From a virus (lineage: Duplodnaviria; Caudoviricetes), in the IMG/VR virus record IMGVR_UViG_3300037483_000358, positions 1 to 32,763 of that record: 32,763 nt of DNA; one strand, given 5' to 3'. Position numbers and translations under genes: made by a program. Of the stretch, positions 1-9,368 are shown piece by piece; the stretch's first letter is position 1, and each line of letters starts with the position of its first letter. The notes beneath the pieces are model-generated. The model ran no database searches. It was not told where the DNA came from and saw only the letters and a list, made by a program, of their open reading frames with translations.

Positions 1-1
1 C

Positions 2-2059
2 GGGGCGAACAGCGAGGTTGGGCGTGCTCTTCGCATCTTGCAGGAACGGGCGAATCCCAAGGCTACCAAGCCGGTGAAATTCAAGAAGGCAGGCGCTTCT
101 GTTGCTGATGCTGCTGATGCTGCTGATGCTGCTGATAAAGGAGCATCTAAAACAGCCGAGCCGCAGTTCACTGCTGGAATGGCCCATCGAAACATCCGGG
201 CACAACTCCGCATGATCCGCATGGCCGGTGGCGCTCCCAAGGACATTATTGCTTTGGGGCACGCTGCTCAGGTTATCAAGAAGACCGGCAAGCTCGATAA
301 GGCTGTTGAGGTGTTCGTGAACTTCCTGCTTTCCGGCCCGCGTACCGTGCAGACGGTGCTAGTGTCGGGTGCCGGGATCAACCTCTTTGAGCCTGTGGTT
401 CGCATGGTGGCTGGTGCTGCTACTGCGAATCGAGCCCTGTGGCAAGAAGGGGCCGACATCATGTGGGGCAACTTCAAGTACCTGGGGGATAACCTCAGAG
501 GCATTACGGCCTCACTCCGGTCAGGAAGGAGTTTGATAAACCCCCGTCCACAGCACATCGCTATTGGTGGGGTTACAGGAAACATCGTTCGTACTCCGGG
601 TCGAGTTATCGGAGCCGCTGACGAGTTCTCCCGAGTCACGGCTTATCGAGCTTTTGTCCGCGCCAAGTCTCTACGTCTTGGGCGGTCTCAAGGTCTTACA
701 GGTCGAGCGTTGGAAGCTCGGGTTGAGGAAGACCTGAGACACGCCTTCAACGCAGACGGAATTGCAACACTACCGGAAGCGCTGAAGTATGCTGAGGTGC
801 CCACAATGTCTTCTCCGTTAGGAGAGGATACGTTCGGCAGTGGGATTCAGAAGTTCGTGAACGATCACGCTACAGCAAAGTTCATTGCTCCCTTTGTGAC
901 GGCTCCGGTGAACATCTTCCGGTACGTTCACAAAAGTCTCCCAGGACTTAACCTGCTCAACAAGGAGATTCGGGAAGCGGTTAAGCGGGGAGGGGAAGAG
1001 GCTGCAATCATTCACGCTCGATCCGGTCTCGCTGCAACCGTGTATGGCTTTGGTCTGTATCAGGCGATGGCAGGCAACCTCACAGGACGAGGCCCTGGTG
1101 ATCCTGAGTTAAGAAGGCTGTGGCTCAAGAACCACCAACCCTATTCAATCAAGATCGGGGGAAAGTGGATCAGCTACCTACGGCTCGACCCCCTGGCTAC
1201 GCCACTAGGACTTGTCTCTGACATGAACACAGTGGTTCACGAGCTTGGAGATAAAGCTGTAGAAGCGTCAGACTTGGCGTATGGCGTCGTCACTGCGTTG
1301 TTCTACAACCTGTCAAGTCGCTCGTACATTCAGGGTATCACGGAGTTCTTTAGCGCCTGGGCTGGTGATGATGAACACGCTGCCGCTCGTTGGCTTAGAG
1401 ATTTCTCCGGTAACCTTGCTGTTCCACAGCTTGTCAACTCGATCAATCCCGACAACGTATACCGAGACGTACAAGGCGTGGCTGATGCGATCATTTCTCG
1501 TATCCCCGGTTGGAGCACCACGCTCGACCCGCGCTTTGATCTCTTCGGAGAGCCCATTCTGAAAACTCCTGGCTTGTTGAATCGCAATCAGATTCTCACC
1601 GCTAAGAGCGCTGGACGATCAGTGGAAGACGATTTGTTGGAAATGGGCAAGGGTCTTTCACCGCTGAATCCAAAGCTGGAAGGCCGCTGGATTGACCTGA
1701 GAGACAAGCAGGCATTCGACAACGGTACACACAAGTCTCCGTACATTCGGATGATGGAACTGCTTCGGTCGCCCGCTGTCGGTGGTCCTTCCTTGCGTGA
1801 TGCTATGACAGAACTTGTGCGTTCTGACAAATGGAAGGAAGCCAGCGATGGTACCACGCTGCTCCCTGGTGGTAAGCAGTGGATTCTCGCTGCTGCTCTC
1901 AAGGAGAAGTACGAACAGCGTGCGCTGAAGCGGGTGATGGACGAGTACCCCAGGCTGCGTGAGCAGTACAGAGGGGTTCGGCGCATGAAGGGCGCTGCGA
2001 TTACCAGCGGCGAGCAGGGTGTTGCAGAGATAGAAGCGTTGTTCGGAGTCTCGAAGTAA
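2..2059 (+). CDS. Large internal virion (ejection) protein, C-terminal part; 5' truncated by the window
   Basis: Frame is open from nt 2 (GANSEVGRALRILQ...). Long helical Ala/Gly-rich protein with a 'QPYSIKIGGKWISYLRLDPL' segment typical of podovirus internal virion proteins. Last gene before the terminator-holin-terminase block. Confidence 0.7.
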   Translation, partial: GANSEVGRALRILQERANPKATKPVKFKKAGASVADAADAADAADKGASKTAEPQFTAGMAHRNIRAQLRMIRMAGGAPKDIIALGHAAQVIKKTGKLDKAVEVFVNFLLSGPRTVQTVLVSGAGINLFEPVVRMVAGAATANRALWQEGADIMWGNFKYLGDNLRGITASLRSGRSLINPRPQHIAIGGVTGNIVRTPGRVIGAADEFSRVTAYRAFVRAKSLRLGRSQGLTGRALEARVEEDLRHAFNADGIATLPEALKYAEVPTMSSPLGEDTFGSGIQKFVNDHATAKFIAPFVTAPVNIFRYVHKSLPGLNLLNKEIREAVKRGGEEAAIIHARSGLAATVYGFGLYQAMAGNLTGRGPGDPELRRLWLKNHQPYSIKIGGKWISYLRLDPLATPLGLVSDMNTVVHELGDKAVEASDLAYGVVTALFYNLSSRSYIQGITEFFSAWAGDDEHAAARWLRDFSGNLAVPQLVNSINPDNVYRDVQGVADAIISRIPGWSTTLDPRFDLFGEPILKTPGLLNRNQILTAKSAGRSVEDDLLEMGKGLSPLNPKLEGRWIDLRDKQAFDNGTHKSPYIRMMELLRSPAVGGPSLRDAMTELVRSDKWKEASDGTTLLPGGKQWILAAALKEKYEQRALKRVMDEYPRLREQYRGVRRMKGAAITSGEQGVAEIEALFGVSK
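104..136 (+). repeat. In-frame 9-bp tandem repeat (GCTGATGCT)x3.7 encoding ADAADAADAAD
   Basis: Read directly from the sequence. Confidence 0.85.
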
Positions 2060-2144
2060 ACTAACAACAAAGAAGCGAAGATCGTGCAGGAGTGGTTAGT
2101 GCCCATAGAAGGGGGCTACATTCCAGACGAGTAACACCAACTGT

Positions 2145-2181
2145 GGCCCCGAGGGGGAAAACCTCTCGGGGTCTTTCTCTT
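2145..2181 (+). terminator. Intrinsic terminator after the internal virion gene
   Basis: Stem GGCCCCGAGGGG / CCTCTCGGGGTC around a GAAAA loop, followed by TTTCTCTT. Confidence 0.75.
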
Positions 2182-2189
2182 ATCCTCCT

Positions 2190-2426
2190 ATGAGTTCAGA
2201 AACCGAACAAGACATCCAACGATCTCTAGGACGCTTAGAAGGCAAGATGGATTCCGTCTGCTCTTCCATCAAAGAGCTTCGAGCAACCATAGAGGGACAA
2301 TCACACCGGCTCGCCAGCGTCGAGAAATGGCGCACGCGAGTCAAGAGTTATAGCGCTGGTGCTGGTGCGGTCTTAGCCGTTGTGCTTGGGCTGTTCTGGC
2401 GAGCGCTCTCACTGTTGAACAAGTAG
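2190..2426 (+). CDS. Putative holin-like membrane protein (coiled coil plus C-terminal TM helix)
   Basis: 'LGRLEGKMD' coiled coil and hydrophobic 'AGAGAVLAVVLGLFW'. Occupies the T7 gp17.5 slot before the small terminase. Confidence 0.5.
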   Translation: MSSETEQDIQRSLGRLEGKMDSVCSSIKELRATIEGQSHRLASVEKWRTRVKSYSAGAGAVLAVVLGLFWRALSLLNK

Positions 2427-2435
2427 GGAGACCAA

Positions 2436-2705
2436 TTGGCCGATAACGAAACGCTTGATCCGGTCGAACAGGCTGAGCTAGCTGCAAAACTTCAATCAAA
2501 GTGGCTGCGCCGGATGGAAACCCTGTTAGACAACGGGACCATCAACGCAACCGAGATGGCAGTTCTGGCCCGTGTCCTGCTTCAGAATGGTTGGGAGTTC
2601 GACCTTGCGAAGCTGGCTGGCCCCCTGCGTGATAAGCTCACGTCCCATGTCTCACCTGAAGAGCTAGAGCAGGATGGCATTCTTCCTATGCGGAAGAGTG
2701 GCTAA
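2436..2705 (+). CDS. Terminase small subunit (gp18-like)
   Basis: 89 aa helical protein directly upstream of TerL; GGGAG RBS, TTG start; 'ATEMAVLARVLLQNG' resembles the gp18 core. Confidence 0.65.
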   Translation: MADNETLDPVEQAELAAKLQSKWLRRMETLLDNGTINATEMAVLARVLLQNGWEFDLAKLAGPLRDKLTSHVSPEELEQDGILPMRKSG

Positions 2706-4439
2706 GTGTATTCGCAGAAGGAAATCCGAGAGGCAGGACTAGACGACTTTCGAGTGTTCTTGCGACAGGTGTGGGATTTCCTTGGGCTACCGCCGCCTAC
2801 ACCTGTTCAGAATGACATCGCCTACTACCTACAGCATGGCCCTCGTCGTGCGGTGGTTGAAGCGTTCAGAGGGGTAGGAAAAAGTTGGATCACGGTGGCT
2901 TTTGTATTGTGGCTGCTGTTTCTTGATCCACAGAAGAAGATCATGGTGGTCTCAGCGAGCCAACCGCTTGCTGACGACTTCTCCAAGTTTTGCAAACAGC
3001 TTATCGACGGGATGCCACTGCTTCAGCATCTCGCGCCTAAGCAGGGGCAGCTTGATTCCTCGATTCGCTTTGATGTCGGCCCCGCTACACCGTCGAAAGA
3101 CCCAAGCGTGAAGTCTGCCGGTATCACCGGCCAGATCACAGGGTCTCGTGCTGATGTCATCGTTGCTGACGACATCGAGATTCCGAAAAACTCCTACACG
3201 CACCTGTTGCGTGAGCGACTGTCAGAACTGGTCAAAGAGTTTGACGCGGTGCTCAAGCCGGGTGGACGAATCATCTACCTCGGGACTCCCCAGGTGGAAG
3301 CCACACTCTACAACCGGCTGTTGACCAGAGGCTACGAGATCAGGATTTGGCCTGCGGAAGTACCCGCAAAGCTAGAAGCCTATCACGGTCGCCTGTCGGG
3401 ATTCGTCCAGCGACTCATTGAGCAGGGCATTCCTTTCAGTACACCGATTGACGCCAAGCGCTTCTCTCGGGAAGACCTGAATGAACGCCGTGCGTCCTAC
3501 GGACTGTCCGGTTATGCGTTGCAGTTCATGCTGGACACGAACCCTGCGGAGTCTGACAAGCATCCTCTCAAGACCCACGATCTCATCATCCACGACTGCG
3601 ATTTGGAGATGGGACACGTCAAGCTGATATGGAGCGGAGACCGGGTAGCATTGGTTACCGACCTGCAAAGCGGCGGCTTCGATGGGGACTACTATGTCCT
3701 TGCCTCGTGGAAGAGCGCAGAGATGGCGAAGTACACCGGAACCGTCATGGCTATTGACCCCTCGGGGCGTGGCCAGGATGAAACCGCCTACGCTATCGTG
3801 CGGAATCTGCATGGAATGCTTTACCTAGTGGATGTCGGAGGATTTCGAGACGGGTTCTCGGAAGCCACGCTCAATGCTCTGGCGACTCGCGCTATCAGGT
3901 TCCGAGTCAACTACGTCATTGACGAGACGAACTATGGTGGCGGAATGTTTCGTCAGCTACTTAAGCCGGTCATGCAGCGTATTGCTGAGGAAGCTCGGCT
4001 TGATCCAAAGAACCCTGATCCGAACGCTCGTCCCCCGTCATTTGATGAAGAGTATGATGGATGGAGTAGCACGCAGAAGGAACTGCGGATTCTCGACACG
4101 CTAGAGCCTATCGTTCAGTCTCATCGTCTGGTGGTAGATCGTAAGGTTATCGAAACCGATCTTGTCATCCAGAACGACAACTTGCAGTACAGCTTCATTC
4201 AACAGTTCACTCGCATGTCTCGCATCAGAGGCTGTCTTGCACACGAAGACAGGCTTGAAGCGGTGAGCATGGCGTGCAACTACTGGATGGAGCGCATGAA
4301 GATCGACAAAGACCGTGCGTTGAAGAACTACAAGGAAGAACTGCTGGTGAGAGACCTTCAGAAGTTCTTGGATCACACGGTCAACGCAGGATCAAGGAGG
4401 GGTTCACGTTCCGCCAACTATCTGAGATGGCGCAAGTAA
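2706..4439 (+). CDS. terL: Terminase large subunit (T7 gp19-like)
   Basis: Walker A 'AFRGVGKSWIT', 'GITGQITGSRADVIVADDIE', nuclease 'IDPSGRGQDET', and 'HEDRLEA'. Confidence 0.97.
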   Translation: MYSQKEIREAGLDDFRVFLRQVWDFLGLPPPTPVQNDIAYYLQHGPRRAVVEAFRGVGKSWITVAFVLWLLFLDPQKKIMVVSASQPLADDFSKFCKQLIDGMPLLQHLAPKQGQLDSSIRFDVGPATPSKDPSVKSAGITGQITGSRADVIVADDIEIPKNSYTHLLRERLSELVKEFDAVLKPGGRIIYLGTPQVEATLYNRLLTRGYEIRIWPAEVPAKLEAYHGRLSGFVQRLIEQGIPFSTPIDAKRFSREDLNERRASYGLSGYALQFMLDTNPAESDKHPLKTHDLIIHDCDLEMGHVKLIWSGDRVALVTDLQSGGFDGDYYVLASWKSAEMAKYTGTVMAIDPSGRGQDETAYAIVRNLHGMLYLVDVGGFRDGFSEATLNALATRAIRFRVNYVIDETNYGGGMFRQLLKPVMQRIAEEARLDPKNPDPNARPPSFDEEYDGWSSTQKELRILDTLEPIVQSHRLVVDRKVIETDLVIQNDNLQYSFIQQFTRMSRIRGCLAHEDRLEAVSMACNYWMERMKIDKDRALKNYKEELLVRDLQKFLDHTVNAGSRRGSRSANYLRWRK

Positions 4440-4460
4440 TCCCCATCACGCTAGAAAGAC

Positions 4461-7400
4461 ATGGCTTCTACACCTAGGACTGATGATCTTCTCCCGAGTC
4501 ATCCCGGCAAACCGTATTTCTACGCGGGGCGCACGAGGGTTCAGGAGAGAAACCTTCAGGGGTCAATTCCCGATGGCGAGATCAGCAAGGTCAAATTCTC
4601 GACGGGGTTGACCCCTATCGAGATCGTGAGCGTTTTGCCGTCTCTGCCTGACGCGGACTATCCGCAAGGCTCTCACGTCTTTCTTACCACAGACAACAAA
4701 CTCTACCGAAGCACAGGCTCCGCATGGACCGCTGCGGTGGCTACGGTGGACCTGACGGGAACCATCAGCACCGTACAAATCGCTGACGGGTCTATTACGA
4801 CCGTTAAGATTGGCGATGCTCAGGTCTCCACCGCAAAGCTGAACGATGGGGCTGTCACCACTGCAAAGATTGGCGATCAACAGGTCACTACCTCGAAGAT
4901 TGGGGATACGTCGATCACTCAGATCAAGATGTCAAGTGGTCTTCGAGTGCCAGTCATCGTTGCCTCTCTGCCGACACTACCAGACGCAGCGTATCCGCAG
5001 GGGTCTCTCGTGGTGTTGACTACGGACAACAAGCTCTATCGAAGCACAGGCTCAACTTGGACTGTTGCGATTCCTACGGCTGACCTGACGGGCACTATCT
5101 CTACAGCGCAGCTTGCTAACGGGGCAGTAACCACCGTCAAAATCGGAGACGCCCAGGTTTCAACGGCAAATCTGATCGACGGGTCTATCACCACCGCGAA
5201 GATTGGCGATCAACAGGTTATCGCGTCCAAGCTCGGGGATGCTACGATTACACAGGTCAAGATGGCGAGCGGTCTTCGAGTGCCGGTTATCGTTGCGTCT
5301 CTACCGACACTACCAGATGCTGCATACCCTCAAGGCTCGACTGTTGTTCTGACTACGGATAACAAGCTCTATCGAAGTACTGGTGCAGCTTGGACAGTGG
5401 CGATTCCTACGGTTGATCTGACAGGTACCATTGCTACAGCACAGATCGCCAACAACGCTGTGACTATGGAGAAGGTTGCCGCAGCGCAGCTTGATCTATC
5501 GAAGCTGACGGCTACGCTAAACGCTGCGCTATCCTTTGGGGATGCAAGAAATCTGCTCTACAACGCAGGCTTCGAGCAGGGGCAGACGTATTGGGGCTCC
5601 CCTGGTGTAGTTACGACCAACAGTGCTAACGCACACACCGGAAACAAGTACCTCCTGCTTTCTGGTGCTGCCGCCACCTACACAAACAGCGTTCATCGTG
5701 ACGATGCCGGGGCTGACCGATACTTCGAGGTAAATCCTGGTGATGTGATCTACTTCTCGGGCTGGCTGTACCGTGAGTCCGGTGATGCAAGCATTCACTG
5801 CGTCATTGCACAGTACGACAAGGACCAAGCTAATCCGATCTACGCTGTTTCCTCGAACGTTACCTCTTCTGGATCGTGGACACAATCAACACTCACACTC
5901 ACGATTCCAGCGGGAGTGAAGTACATCCGGTTTTACTGCGAGGTACAAAACAACGGCACAGTTACGACTGTCGGCAGGTGGGATGACCTTCTTGTCCTTC
6001 GGCAAACCCCTGGTTCTGACATCGTATCCCGTTCCATAGCTGCTGATCGCATCGTCACCGGAGCGCTGACCGCTAACGAGATTGCGGCTGCAACGATCAC
6101 TGGTGCGAAGATCGCTGCTGGCACTATCGCGGCATCAAACCTGATTGCTGGTACAATTACAGCCAACGAGATTGCGGCAGCAACGATCACTGGTGCGAAG
6201 ATCGCTGCTGGCACGATCACAGCCACGCAGATTGCTTCCGCGACTCTACTGACTACCAATCTGATCGCTGGATTTCAGTCGTTCCTCAACAGTCCGAATC
6301 CGCTGAACGGCATCAAGAACTTTGGATTTGAAGACGGAGCGACGTACTGGCAGGCGGGTACTGGAATTACTGTTGTCACTAACAGCGCTAACGCACATAG
6401 CGGAAACCGATACCTAGAAATCAGTTGTCCAGTCGCCACATACGTCACTAGCTATTCAGTTAACGAGAACAATTCCTGGCAATATTTCGAAGTTAGCCCA
6501 GGAGATGTTGTCTACGTTGGTGGATGGAATATTAGAACAAGCGGAGACGCACCAGTAAAAATTGGTCTTGAGTCCTTCGATAAAGACAAAGCGCATGTTG
6601 CCTATGCATTCGGCAGTTCAACAGGAAGCTCGTGGACTCAAATAACCGCCACCTACACTGTCCCGTCAAACGTCAAGTACGTCAGCATGTTCCTTCAGGT
6701 TGGCAACTCTGGCACCGTTACCACGATTGTTCGGTTCGATGATGTCTTTCTAACCGTTCAGATTCCTGGGGCTGGCATCGTTGCTAACTCGATCACGGCC
6801 AATCAGATTGCCGCTGCGACTATCACAGGGGCAAAGATCGCTGCTGACACCATCGTTGCAGGAAACATTGCCGCTGGTGCCATTGGCGCTTCTGAGCTTG
6901 CTGCTGGTTCAGTCGTTGCCGGTAAGATCGCTGCTGGTACCATTGTGGCGGCAGACATCGCCGCTGCGACGATCACAGCTACGCAGATTGCTGCTGCGAC
7001 CATCACCGGATCACTCATCGCTGCTGACACCATCGTTGCAGGAAACATCGCTGCCGGGGCTATCGGCGCGAGCGAGATTGCTGCTGGTGCAGTGGTAGCT
7101 GGCAAGATCGCCGCTAGTACCATTGTGGCTGCGGACATTGCTGCTGCGACCATCACAGGGGACAAACTCGTAGCTAGTACCATCACTGCTACACAGATCG
7201 CTACGAACGCTATCACTGCGGACAAGATTCTTGCCGGCGCTGTGACTGCGGCCAAGCTGTCAGTGTCTACCCTCGATGCAATCACGGCCAACCTCGGCAC
7301 GGTTACCGCTGGTACCATATCAACCAACGTGCTTGTAGCGGCCAACAACTTCTCTGCGACTTCAGCCAACTTCTACAACTGGTTGCGTGTCGGAGAAAGC

Positions 7401-7991
7401 GGAGGATGGGATACATCGGCGGAACTGAAGCTGGACCGACTGACGTTCAAACTCTTTGGTGATCCTGATGGTGGCGGTCCTGCTGGTCAGGGATCAATGA
7501 CAGTCGTGGACATTATTCGCGATAATCATACTCTCAAGTTCTCTATCAAAGAGCCGTCTGTTGCCAACTACCCAACCGTGTTGGAATTGACGTATAGCAG
7601 CATCAAAGCTCTCGTGGGCTTCGTCGTTAATCACGCAACGAATCCGTATATTCTCGTAGAATGGGTTAACGGAACCGCTCGTTCAGCGTATCTCCAAGGT
7701 ATAGGAAATGATTTGCGTTTTGATACGAACGCAGGTGGTGCAAGTTCTCTGTTGTGGTTCGACTTGGCCACAGGTGCTGCTGATTTCAAAGGGAATGCTG
7801 TTCGCACCGGAGCCCTAACAGTCGTTGACAACTACCTCGAACTCCGAGACATGACTGCACCGGGCAATCCCGGTAGTGGAGACGGCAGGCTCTACATTCG
7901 GAACAACGGTACTGGTAATTATGAGTTTGTCATCAAGTGGGGTGACGGTTCTGTAGACATCCTAGCTACAGGTCCGACCGCACCAACCTAA
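4461..7991 (+). CDS. Long tail fibre / receptor-binding protein with internal repeats and two carbohydrate-binding-like domains
   Basis: Three ~111-aa repeats containing 'LPTLPDAAYPQGS..LTTDNKLYRSTG'; many 10-residue 'AATITGAKIA' repeats; two 'N.GFE.G..YW...NAHSGN.YL' CBM4/9-like domains. Confidence 0.85.
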   Translation: MASTPRTDDLLPSHPGKPYFYAGRTRVQERNLQGSIPDGEISKVKFSTGLTPIEIVSVLPSLPDADYPQGSHVFLTTDNKLYRSTGSAWTAAVATVDLTGTISTVQIADGSITTVKIGDAQVSTAKLNDGAVTTAKIGDQQVTTSKIGDTSITQIKMSSGLRVPVIVASLPTLPDAAYPQGSLVVLTTDNKLYRSTGSTWTVAIPTADLTGTISTAQLANGAVTTVKIGDAQVSTANLIDGSITTAKIGDQQVIASKLGDATITQVKMASGLRVPVIVASLPTLPDAAYPQGSTVVLTTDNKLYRSTGAAWTVAIPTVDLTGTIATAQIANNAVTMEKVAAAQLDLSKLTATLNAALSFGDARNLLYNAGFEQGQTYWGSPGVVTTNSANAHTGNKYLLLSGAAATYTNSVHRDDAGADRYFEVNPGDVIYFSGWLYRESGDASIHCVIAQYDKDQANPIYAVSSNVTSSGSWTQSTLTLTIPAGVKYIRFYCEVQNNGTVTTVGRWDDLLVLRQTPGSDIVSRSIAADRIVTGALTANEIAAATITGAKIAAGTIAASNLIAGTITANEIAAATITGAKIAAGTITATQIASATLLTTNLIAGFQSFLNSPNPLNGIKNFGFEDGATYWQAGTGITVVTNSANAHSGNRYLEISCPVATYVTSYSVNENNSWQYFEVSPGDVVYVGGWNIRTSGDAPVKIGLESFDKDKAHVAYAFGSSTGSSWTQITATYTVPSNVKYVSMFLQVGNSGTVTTIVRFDDVFLTVQIPGAGIVANSITANQIAAATITGAKIAADTIVAGNIAAGAIGASELAAGSVVAGKIAAGTIVAADIAAATITATQIAAATITGSLIAADTIVAGNIAAGAIGASEIAAGAVVAGKIAASTIVAADIAAATITGDKLVASTITATQIATNAITADKILAGAVTAAKLSVSTLDAITANLGTVTAGTISTNVLVAANNFSATSANFYNWLRVGESGGWDTSAELKLDRLTFKLFGDPDGGGPAGQGSMTVVDIIRDNHTLKFSIKEPSVANYPTVLELTYSSIKALVGFVVNHATNPYILVEWVNGTARSAYLQGIGNDLRFDTNAGGASSLLWFDLATGAADFKGNAVRTGALTVVDNYLELRDMTAPGNPGSGDGRLYIRNNGTGNYEFVIKWGDGSVDILATGPTAPT

Positions 7992-8008
7992 ACCAAAAGG
8001 AGTCAGCA

Positions 8009-8224
8009 GTGGCCTTGTTCAAACAGAAGGGCGTGCTCTACGCTCTTCAGGGCACAGAGCGTGCCCAGGTTGCCTCCATGCTACAACAGCAGGCGATGCT
8101 TCAGGCTCAACTCATGGGTCTGCTTCAGTTGTTCGTTCAGCGAGAGCGTATCCCCGCCGATGACAACGTTGTATTTGATCCGTCGCAACTGGCGTTCGTG
8201 AGGAAACCTCAGCAGTCCAAGTAG
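8009..8224 (+). CDS. Small protein after the fibre, possible fibre assembly chaperone
   Basis: AAGGAG RBS, GTG start, Gln-rich helix; function inferred from position only. Confidence 0.5.
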   Translation: MALFKQKGVLYALQGTERAQVASMLQQQAMLQAQLMGLLQLFVQRERIPADDNVVFDPSQLAFVRKPQQSK

Positions 8225-8274
8225 TTGTTTCCCCTTTTCACCCTCTTTCAACTAACCAACAGGAGTAAGTACCA

Positions 8275-8730
8275 GTGTCCACTCGTGCCCTTGCCGCAAC
8301 CGGCGAACAGATCGTCGCTGCGGACACCTACGTTAGTTCCGCCCTGGCTCAGCCGGTGCAAGCGTTTCTTCCCCCGGTCAATGACGGGTCCGGTACCAGC
8401 GTTGCCGTCGATGCAGAAATCCGAGTAGAGACCACAGCAGGAGGCCCTGTTGAGCTTCTGACTGCTGGTGGACGGCGTGTTGGCATCGTGCCCCCCCGCT
8501 CTCAAGCCCTGGTCGTCGCTCGATCCGGCCTCGTTCAGGCCGAAGCCGACAGTTGGAACTTCGAGCTTCATACACAGACGCCAGCAGCGTTCAATGCTGC
8601 TGCTCCCGCTGGGGGCACTGGTGCTACAGCAGGGGCGTACGACACCGCTGCAAATAGGAACGCGCTGATCGACTTGGTGAACGCCATGCGTACCGCGCTC
8701 ATCAACGCCGGTCTGATGAAGGCCGAGTAG
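8275..8730 (+). CDS. Putative virion decoration / head-fibre protein
   Basis: AGGAG RBS; C-terminal 'AGGTGATAGAYDTAANRNALIDLVNAMRTALINAGLM' resembles the trimerising tail of phage head-fibre proteins. Confidence 0.6.
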   Translation: MSTRALAATGEQIVAADTYVSSALAQPVQAFLPPVNDGSGTSVAVDAEIRVETTAGGPVELLTAGGRRVGIVPPRSQALVVARSGLVQAEADSWNFELHTQTPAAFNAAAPAGGTGATAGAYDTAANRNALIDLVNAMRTALINAGLMKAE

Positions 8731-8746
8731 TACCATAGGTTCATCC

Positions 8747-8793
8747 CCCCGCCTTCAACAAGCGGGGCTCCCCGGACTCACTGAGTTCGGGGT
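8747..8793 (+). other. Two tandem GC-rich hairpins immediately before the tRNA (terminator or processing signal)
   Basis: CCCCGC...GCGGGG and CCCCGGACTC...GAGTTCGGGG; no clear U-tract. Confidence 0.45.
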
Positions 8794-8796
8794 CTC

Positions 8797-8869
8797 TGAG
8801 ATGTAGGTCAACTGGCAGACCGCCCGGCTGTTAACCGGGAAGTTGGAGGTTCGAGTCCTTCCATCTCAG
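8797..8869 (+). tRNA. tRNA-Asn (GTT), CCA not encoded
   Basis: Acceptor TGAGATG/CATCTCA; D arm GGTC/GACC; anticodon arm CCCGG-CTGTTAA-CCGGG (GTT at 8830-8832); T arm GGAGG-TTCGAGT-CCTTC; discriminator G. Confidence 0.95.
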
Positions 8870-8909
8870 CTATCAATCCTTTCTATCCCTTTCACCGCAG
8901 GAGGCACCG

Positions 8910-9053
8910 ATGCGCTTCATCGGTCGCCTTCCTTTTGGAGACGAGGTAGTGATCGAGGTGCGCCTTGACCTGACCATCACTGTCTGGCTCCTGATGCACT
9001 TCCCTTTCATCAGCGACATCTTGAGGCCGGTAATTGCTCACCTGTCGTGGTAA
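8910..9053 (+). CDS. 47-aa hydrophobic small protein (not in the ORF track)
   Basis: AGGAGG RBS then ATG; MRFIGRLPFGDEVVIEVRLDLTITVWLLMHFPFISDILRPVIAHLSW*. Confidence 0.5.
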   Translation: MRFIGRLPFGDEVVIEVRLDLTITVWLLMHFPFISDILRPVIAHLSW

Positions 9054-9211
9054 CAAGGCTTGACTTCCGGCACACCGTTCGGCACACTGCACGCTGTAAG
9101 TCGTTGTCTCTCCTATGCCATACAGGGGATGGGTGATACCCACGACTTGGAGGCACAACCGGATGATTCGACAACAGCTTAGCCTGTCAATCTCAGAATC
9201 GGACAGTAGAG

Positions 9212-9238
9212 GGCGCAGGACTATCGGAAGGCGAATGG
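9212..9238 (-). promoter_or_regulatory. Putative phage RNAP promoter, leftward
   Basis: Minus strand reads CCATTCGCCTTCCGATAGTCC; exact 14-bp core shared with 9314, 14358 and 17783. Confidence 0.55.
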
Positions 9239-9260
9239 AACGTTTAGAAGCACAACCACT

Positions 9261-9288
9261 TTCACTGCTTATCCCTGCGAGGTATAGT
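9261..9288 (+). promoter_or_regulatory. Candidate sigma70 promoter of the integrase overlapped by a 17-bp operator (9270-9286)
   Basis: TTCACT-16 nt-TATAGT. The spacer and -10 contain TATCCC-TGCGA-GGTATA, the reverse complement of the TATACC-N5-GGGATA motif. Confidence 0.6.
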
Positions 9289-9313
9289 GCCCGTTCGGCA
9301 CACCACCGGCACA

Positions 9314-9340
9314 CCATTCGCCTTCCGTTTGAACGAGAGA
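9314..9340 (+). promoter_or_regulatory. Putative phage RNAP promoter upstream of the integrase
   Basis: CCATTCGCCTTCCGTTTGAAC; one mismatch in 21 against the 17783 copy. Confidence 0.6.
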
Positions 9341-9368
9341 CCAACAAGCTCACTCCAAGGAGGGGGAG

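Larger units (their letters stand above)
9060..9315. mobile_element. Putative attP region
   Basis: Region directly upstream of the integrase, bracketed by tandem CGGCACAC pairs (9068/9080 and 9296/9307; CCGTTCGGCACAC exact at 9075 and 9291). IHF-like CAANNNNTTA cores at 9097-9106 (minus) and 9172-9181. Crossover core not identified. Confidence 0.6.

Noticed and set aside
5933-7369. Minus-strand Ala/Val-rich ORFs, and similar antisense ORFs over TerL, RNAP and primase
   Set aside because: Antisense shadows of strongly supported plus-strand genes.
4461-7991. Diversity-generating retroelement target in the tail fibre
   Set aside because: No reverse transcriptase and no adenine-specific TR/VR pair seen; the repeats are ordinary coding duplications.
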